Source: an uncultured archaeon
GTDB lineage: Archaea > Asgardarchaeota > Lokiarchaeia > Sigyniarchaeales > SOKP01
DNA: 23,497 nt
Assembly (NCBI GenBank): GCA_964583985.1
Contig: CAZOYD010000055.1
Span: 1-23,497 of the forward strand
Reading direction: 5' to 3'
The notes under the pieces are model-generated. The model had not been told where the DNA came from. It saw only the letters and a program-made list of their open reading frames with translations, and did no database searches. Position 1 is the stretch's first letter. Each line of letters starts with the position of its first letter. The position numbers and the translations under genes are program-made. Positions 18,283 to 23,497 of the stretch are shown here, piece after piece.

Positions 18283-18643
18283 CAAAATAACAACGTTTTA
18301 TAACTATAATTTTTTTTATTTGGACTTATTACGTTGTTTAAAACGATTATAAAATTTATTACTTTAGATTTTTTTTAAGTCATATTTTATGGACTTTATG
18401 CTGATTATTAATTCCAACGCTATAGAATTAACAATTATAATAAATATGAAATCATTCAAGCTCTATCCTATAGTTCTCATCCAGTATATGACGGTTCTTT
18501 TTGAATTTTATTAGATATCTGGCTCACGCATCTAATTCTTTTAATCTAACTGGCGATGATTAAATTAAACGGTTGTTTGATCAAACTTTTGGTTTTACCA
18601 ATCTTTATATTAACCTTCACTATATTTCCTTTGTGGTATATGT

Positions 18644-19183
18644 ATGCTAGAACAAGATCTTTACAAGTTTAAAATTGTATTAATTGGAAATGGTGGTGTA
18701 GGGAAAACATCCTTGATTAAACGTTATACACAAAATTCATTCCAAAAACAATACATAAGAACCATTGGAGCTCAATTTTCTTTTCATGAGAATGAAATTG
18801 AAAATGATCACGTAAAATTGATTTTATGGGACATCGCTGGTCAAGACAACTTTATTTTTATGCGATCACTGTTTTTCAAAGATAGTAAGGCAGCTATTAT
18901 TGTATATAGCCTTGAAATGAACAAATTAGGTAAAAAGAGTTTAGATGATATAAAAATTTGGTACGACGATATAAGAAAACATTGTGGAAGTATACCAGTT
19001 GCTGTTTTCGCGAATAAAGTGGACTTAGCATATGAAAATGTTGTCGATATTGAAAAAGTAAAAGATATCATTGGAAAAAATGATTTTCTTGGATATTTCG
19101 TTACCTCAGCAAAAACTGGTCAAGGAGTAATAGAAGGCTTTGAATCTATCTACGAGCAAATGTATTATAAGTATCGAACTTAG
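18644..19183 (+). CDS. Rab-like small GTPase (copy 2)
   Basis: GNGGVGKT, RTIG, WDIAGQ, NKVD, TSAK. 179 aa. TATA-like CTTTATAT about 35 nt upstream. Confidence 0.95.
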   Translation: MLEQDLYKFKIVLIGNGGVGKTSLIKRYTQNSFQKQYIRTIGAQFSFHENEIENDHVKLILWDIAGQDNFIFMRSLFFKDSKAAIIVYSLEMNKLGKKSLDDIKIWYDDIRKHCGSIPVAVFANKVDLAYENVVDIEKVKDIIGKNDFLGYFVTSAKTGQGVIEGFESIYEQMYYKYRT

Positions 19184-19223
19184 GTATTATCTAGTTTTGT
19201 TAGAAAAATAAGTAGTATGATAA

Positions 19224-21155
19224 TTAATTGCGCTTGAATTCCTTTAATTCTTCAATAAAGGGCTCAACGATCGATAACCATTTTTGTTTAGATTCCTCAT
19301 TGACTTCACTTTTTTCAACCGCTTCTTTCCCTCTGAGTAAATATTCCATCGCAATCTCTAAATTTCCAATTTGTCTGCGACATATACCTATTTTAATTAA
19401 GGTTTGGAACTCATACCAATTATCTTTACCCAAATCAAGAGCTTTTTGAAATGCATTTATTGCTTTCTCATATTCTTCAAAGGCCATTAATATTTCGCCA
19501 TACGTATCATGATAAGCTGCATTATCTGGTGCTAAATCTATAATTCCCCGAATAGTGGATATAGCTTCACCTTTTCGATCCAAATATTGGAGCCAATAAG
19601 CTTTATAACTAATAAGATCGAGATCATCAGGATACTCCGTTATCAAATCCTCAATAATTTCTAGCCCTTCCTCTATATCTCGTTTTTCTTTTAATATATA
19701 AGCGATTTTAATCTTAATCTCTTTTCTCTTACCGGGGAATTTATCTATCATTTCATCATATAAACCAAGTAACGCATCATATCTATTAAAATAGACCAAT
19801 ATGTTTTCCTTAGATCGATAATGTTCAAGATTGTAAGGATCTTTCTTGATATTTTTTTCAATTTGCTTTACCTTTTCTTCAACATTTATTCCTTCTTTCA
19901 CGTCTGGATCTGTTATCGCAATCTTTTTTACTTCTTTCCAGATTAATCCCTTTAACTTGTCATTACTTCCCCTAAAAATCCTTTTACGCTCAAATTTAAA
20001 TGCTAAATATCTAATATATGATGGCAACAAAATCTTTAACATTTCCCGAAGACCGCCATTAAAGATCTTGCCACAAATATCGTCTAATATTGAATTTATA
20101 ATAACATCCAAATTTTCTAATAGTTCTTCTCGTAATTCATTTTCATACATTCTATTTAAATACGTAAATTTTGTAATTTGTTCCTCAACACTAGCTTTTA
20201 ACATTTTTTCGAGCTTGTCGTCTTCCTGTAGAAAAAAACACGATCCATTTGTACTTTCGATCTTGAAAAACTTGATTGAATATAACGACTTTTCAATAAT
20301 TTGGATGACAAAAAAATCTAATGTTGTGAGTGCGATGTCATATTCTAACGAAAAATCTTCTTTGGTAATATGGTTAGGAAATTGACTTGGATGGTTATAT
20401 GAAAGGAATAATATGATTTTATAAAAATCGTTTTCAGTCAGGAGATCCTTCACTTTTGCATGTGAAAGCTTTAATAAGTAATTGAGAAACCGAAAACGAA
20501 GGTCATTATCCTGAATATTATAATTTTTAAAAAAATCGACTGTTTTTGCCGTTAAATCTTTAATTCTATTACTCTCAAATTCTAAAATAGATTGTCGATC
20601 AAGTTCATACTTTTTGAGCATTCTCGAATATTCTGATTTCCCTAGTTGTGTTATGTGATAATTATGTTTCTCATCTTTTCGAATATATTCATTTTCTTCG
20701 CTCATTAAATTATTGAGTGCTTTTGAAAGTGAAGATTGGTTAATAGATACGGGTTTTTCAAGAAAATCGCTCCACGTGAGAAAATTATTATTATACGCCA
20801 TCCATAAAATCCAGTCCTCATAATTCCTTCCCGATTGTAACATCTGCCGAGGTGGATAATTCACTTTTCTCTTCTTACTTTTTGTTTGTGATAATTCATA
20901 AAATCGATCTTTACCACTTAAAGAAATGCGATATTCATTATATTCAGTACGTTCTACATGTTTTATTGCTAAAAGTTTCTTTAGATAAAGAGAAAGTGTT
21001 GAAGGTTTTATTATCTTCTTAAAATCGCCCCAACTGCAATTTTCATTATTATTGAGCATCCATAAAATTATCAACTCAAAATCAGCCTTGCCAAAAATAG
21101 GATTTGCGACTTCTTCAGGCGGATAGTTTATCGGAGTATCCATGAGGGTCATCAT
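19224..21155 (-). CDS. Tandem winged-helix + C-terminal TPR protein (paralog 2), function unknown
   Basis: Collinear with 9002-10951: NYPPEE..P.FGK, IILW.LNNN, SINQSSLSK, LDRQSIL, FRFLN, NHP.QFP, KFTYLN, YKA.W.QYL, D[ST]YGEILMAF. Exact start (21155/21152/21143) uncertain. Confidence 0.8.
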   Translation of the reverse strand: MMTLMDTPINYPPEEVANPIFGKADFELIILWMLNNNENCSWGDFKKIIKPSTLSLYLKKLLAIKHVERTEYNEYRISLSGKDRFYELSQTKSKKRKVNYPPRQMLQSGRNYEDWILWMAYNNNFLTWSDFLEKPVSINQSSLSKALNNLMSEENEYIRKDEKHNYHITQLGKSEYSRMLKKYELDRQSILEFESNRIKDLTAKTVDFFKNYNIQDNDLRFRFLNYLLKLSHAKVKDLLTENDFYKIILFLSYNHPSQFPNHITKEDFSLEYDIALTTLDFFVIQIIEKSLYSIKFFKIESTNGSCFFLQEDDKLEKMLKASVEEQITKFTYLNRMYENELREELLENLDVIINSILDDICGKIFNGGLREMLKILLPSYIRYLAFKFERKRIFRGSNDKLKGLIWKEVKKIAITDPDVKEGINVEEKVKQIEKNIKKDPYNLEHYRSKENILVYFNRYDALLGLYDEMIDKFPGKRKEIKIKIAYILKEKRDIEEGLEIIEDLITEYPDDLDLISYKAYWLQYLDRKGEAISTIRGIIDLAPDNAAYHDTYGEILMAFEEYEKAINAFQKALDLGKDNWYEFQTLIKIGICRRQIGNLEIAMEYLLRGKEAVEKSEVNEESKQKWLSIVEPFIEELKEFKRN

Positions 21156-21408
21156 GCAATAATAATATTATTATTAATAATAATTCATCATCTTAATTTA
21201 TGAATAAACTTTTGGACTATTATTAGACTCTTCTTAAAAACAGCAAATAATGGCTAAATATCCACAAACAAGCAATTATCCGCTATTTTTGAAACTTTTT
21301 CATTATGGAAATTCTAAAAAAGAAGCTATAAATTTTTATATTAGAATATATCTAATCTTACATTAGAATATTAAAATTTATTCAATTCCACATTAAAGGG
21401 ATGATTGA

Positions 21409-21954
21409 ATGCCTAATAATCGATTCCAATTTAAAATAGCTGTAGTGGGATATGGTGCGGTCGGAAAGACTTCATTGATTAGCCAGTTTACAAAAACATC
21501 ATTTAAAGAGGAATATATCAAGACAATTGGGGCTCAATTCTCCGTATATGAAAAATCAATTAACGATGATAAAATTAAACTCTTATTTTGGGACATCGCA
21601 GGTCAGGATGATTTCAATTTCTTGCGGCCCTCTTTTTTCAATAATAGCAAAGCCGCTATCATAGTATTTAGCTTAGAAGAAAATGAGCTTGGAAAAGTGA
21701 GTTTTGAACACGTTAAAAATTGGCACGAAGATGTTAAAAAGTACTGTGGAGATATACCCATTATCTTATTCGCAAATAAGGTTGACTTAGTTGATGAGAC
21801 TCAGATTAATAGAGATCAGCTTAACAAACTTGTTAAAAAATTAAAATTCTTAAATTATCGCATTACGTCCGCTAAAACCGGAGAGGGCGTGGTTGAAGCT
21901 TTTAATGAAATCATTGAAATATTATATCGTAATGCAATAGTCACAATCCAATAA
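21409..21954 (+). CDS. Rab-like small GTPase (copy 3)
   Basis: GYGAVGKT, KTIG, WDIAGQ, NKVD, TSAK. 181 aa, no C-terminal Cys. Confidence 0.95.
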   Translation: MPNNRFQFKIAVVGYGAVGKTSLISQFTKTSFKEEYIKTIGAQFSVYEKSINDDKIKLLFWDIAGQDDFNFLRPSFFNNSKAAIIVFSLEENELGKVSFEHVKNWHEDVKKYCGDIPIILFANKVDLVDETQINRDQLNKLVKKLKFLNYRITSAKTGEGVVEAFNEIIEILYRNAIVTIQ

Positions 21955-22108
21955 ACTGGTCCTTATTTTCTCGCAAATCTAAAATTAGTCCAATATTTTA
22001 TTTAGACTTTTATGTAAAAAACTATTAATATAATTTTCCTCCATTTCTATATCAAAAGAAGTATGACGATTCATTGTTTCATCCTAAATTTTCAAAAAAA
22101 GGAGAAAA

Positions 22109-22360
22109 ATGATGAAAAGATCTGTAATGACTCGAGAAGAGTTAGACGAGAGAATATTGAACAGAATACCGCATTCAGGATGTCAACAGTATGATGGTGT
22201 CTTCTTTTTAACAAGTTTGCTCGTGAATCGAAGAAGAAAAAAGCAAGAGAAATTGGAAAAATTGATGCTTACGCGGGAGCAAAACCAATCAGCGGTAATA
22301 GTAGAATCTCCTAAAGAGGTGCAAAGACTTAACCTTATCGAAAGAGTGAATGAGGTGTAA
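22109..22360 (+). CDS. Small hypothetical protein (83 aa), paralog of the next ORF
   Basis: AAGGAG SD. Shares the RIP...C..[DE]G-hydrophobic-basic pattern and VE[SA]PKE with 22367-22597. Confidence 0.6.
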   Translation: MMKRSVMTREELDERILNRIPHSGCQQYDGVFFLTSLLVNRRRKKQEKLEKLMLTREQNQSAVIVESPKEVQRLNLIERVNEV

Positions 22361-22366
22361 TATTAA

Positions 22367-22597
22367 ATGAGTGAAAAAGATTATATAGAAGATAATTATA
22401 ATAGAACCATTTATTACCGCATTCCCACAATGAGTTGTTGCTCTGAAGGGCTCTGGGTCCTGAGCGCACTTTTTACTAAATGGCGTAAAAACCGTAAGGC
22501 TAAAAAACAAGGACAAGTAGAAGCTCCAAAAGAAGCGTTAGAAACTGAACAACCAATAGAATCACCAGAAAGGAAATTAGAAACAATTACAATTTAA
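22367..22597 (+). CDS. Small hypothetical protein (76 aa)
   Basis: GAGGTG SD 9 nt upstream, similarity to the preceding ORF, followed by a T-tract. Confidence 0.65.
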   Translation: MSEKDYIEDNYNRTIYYRIPTMSCCSEGLWVLSALFTKWRKNRKAKKQGQVEAPKEALETEQPIESPERKLETITI

Positions 22598-22618
22598 TTT
22601 TTTTTATTTCTTATTTTT
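22598..22618 (+). terminator. Oligo-T archaeal-type terminator candidate
   Basis: TTTTTTTTATTTCTTATTTTT immediately after the stop codon. Confidence 0.5.
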
Positions 22619-22763
22619 GTATTAATTTTTAGAGGATTTATCTGAGATATTAGGTTTTTTTAAGTCAGTGCAATAATAATCCAAAAATGTGTTCATAGTT
22701 TCCCTTTCTAAATTATATATGTACAGCTGCGATCTTATTTTTTTAATAAAAAAGTCTTAATGA

Positions 22764-23048
22764 GTGTGTAAGGAAATGACCCAAATGAATAATATTGGTT
22801 TCTTGGCAGGTTATAAAGAAGATATACATGAAATAATAAAAATGCCACGTAGAATAACTGAAGATAATCTAAGATCTAGCCTGTATAAATCTATTGAAAA
22901 CGCTTATAGAAATTTCCAAGTAGATGTTAAAAAGGTTTTAGTGAACGAAAAGAAAGAGAATTGGAGGGCCGTAACTTTAGATTACTTTAAAGAAGTCGAA
23001 GAAATACTGCGAGACCAGGAAATTTGGGCAAGTTTAACATCATGCTAA
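22764..23048 (+). CDS. Hypothetical helical protein (~90 aa)
   Basis: Open frame with protein-like composition. AAGGA upstream of alternative ATGs at 22776/22785. No family recognised. Confidence 0.55.
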   Translation: MCKEMTQMNNIGFLAGYKEDIHEIIKMPRRITEDNLRSSLYKSIENAYRNFQVDVKKVLVNEKKENWRAVTLDYFKEVEEILRDQEIWASLTSC

Positions 23049-23139
23049 TTAAATTCTATGAGGGAGAATTTATTTAGACTAAAGCGGGCGAAATCCGCTG
23101 GGAGGAGGGCTCTTCCTTAAAATAAAGGTTGAAGAAGTC

Positions 23140-23349
23140 ATGAATGCAGTAAATATTGAATTAACAGGACCATCCGAAGAAGAGGAACTTGAAGAAATTG
23201 ATAAAAAAAAGCTATTCAAGGAATTGCGTAAACCATTATCCTATTATTCCTTAAATCCGGAAGATTTCAAATTCAGATTCTCAGATTTATATTCACTTTA
23301 TTTTTTTTTAAAATTTAAGTTATATGCACAACCTTTTTTAAGGCTCTGA
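23140..23349 (+). CDS. Small hypothetical protein (69 aa)
   Basis: ATG start and charged N-terminal half. The C-terminal part runs through T-rich sequence, so coding status is uncertain. Confidence 0.35.
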   Translation: MNAVNIELTGPSEEEELEEIDKKKLFKELRKPLSYYSLNPEDFKFRFSDLYSLYFFLKFKLYAQPFLRL

Positions 23350-23397
23350 CAGAAAATTAATACAATAATGTAATATTTAAATGAAAATCCAATAGAG

Positions 23398-23497
23398 ATG
23401 AATAAAATGGCAAAATTAAAAGAAAAACTTCTCGCTCGATACGGGAAAGAATTAGGAGAAAAATTATTTTCAAGCATTCAAGAAGGGATTAAAAATA
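23398..23497 (+). CDS. 5' fragment of a hypothetical protein running off the window
   Basis: ATG 23398 opens MNKMAKLKEKLLARYGKELGEKLFSSIQEGIKN with no stop before the edge. Confidence 0.45.
   Translation, partial: MNKMAKLKEKLLARYGKELGEKLFSSIQEGIKN

Noticed and set aside
19846-20385. 179-aa + strand ORF and other short ORFs overlapping long genes (1811, 2503, 3689, 3816, 7235, 8266, 8780, 9390, 10263, 12170, 13295, 14048, 17018, 17463, 18143, 18841, 19228, 22289)
   Set aside because: Antisense or alternative-frame shadows of better-supported genes, mostly F/S/I/L-rich and without motifs.
21158-21175. Perfect 18-bp palindrome AATAATAATATTATTATT next to the wHTH-TPR paralog 2 start
   Set aside because: Low-complexity (AAT)n/(ATT)n tract with no counterpart at the same position of paralog 1.
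12139-21954. Eukaryotic contamination as the source of the Rab genes
   Set aside because: Genes are intronless, lack prenylation tails and are contiguous with archaeal operons and SD/TATA signals.
11069-22679. TGCAATAATAA at 11069, 11526, 21155 and 22669
   Set aside because: Two copies come from the duplication, positions relative to genes are inconsistent, and near matches occur inside coding regions.
23077-23139. Structured region as tRNA, SECIS or c-di-GMP riboswitch
   Set aside because: No cloverleaf/T-loop, no evident selenoprotein gene nearby, and the consensus nucleotides of those families are not matched.

Overview
AT-rich archaeal window, most consistent with an Asgard archaeon (Lokiarchaeia-like). 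This is inferred from an archaeal-type LeuRS, intronless genes with archaeal TATA/SD signals and three Rab-like small GTPases. The left ~9 kb is housekeeping: the 3' part of leuS, a MalY/PatB PLP lyase, a canonical thiolase, a four-gene 2-oxoacid:ferredoxin oxidoreductase operon, and a divergent thiolase-fold gene lacking the usual nucleophilic Cys. The right part (9.0-22.0 kb) is an accessory cluster with a three-fold repeated layout: a large TPR protein on the - strand transcribed divergently from a Rab-like GTPase on the + strand. Two TPR partners are paralogous tandem winged-helix/TPR proteins. The middle one is an 1845-aa NLR/Avs-like SIR2-STAND-TPR protein with ~24 repeats of ~48 aa. The cluster also contains a 457-bp tandem duplication carrying a small ORF and is followed by several small unknown ORFs and a GC-rich structured leader. 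No tRNA, rRNA, CRISPR array or transposase was recognised.
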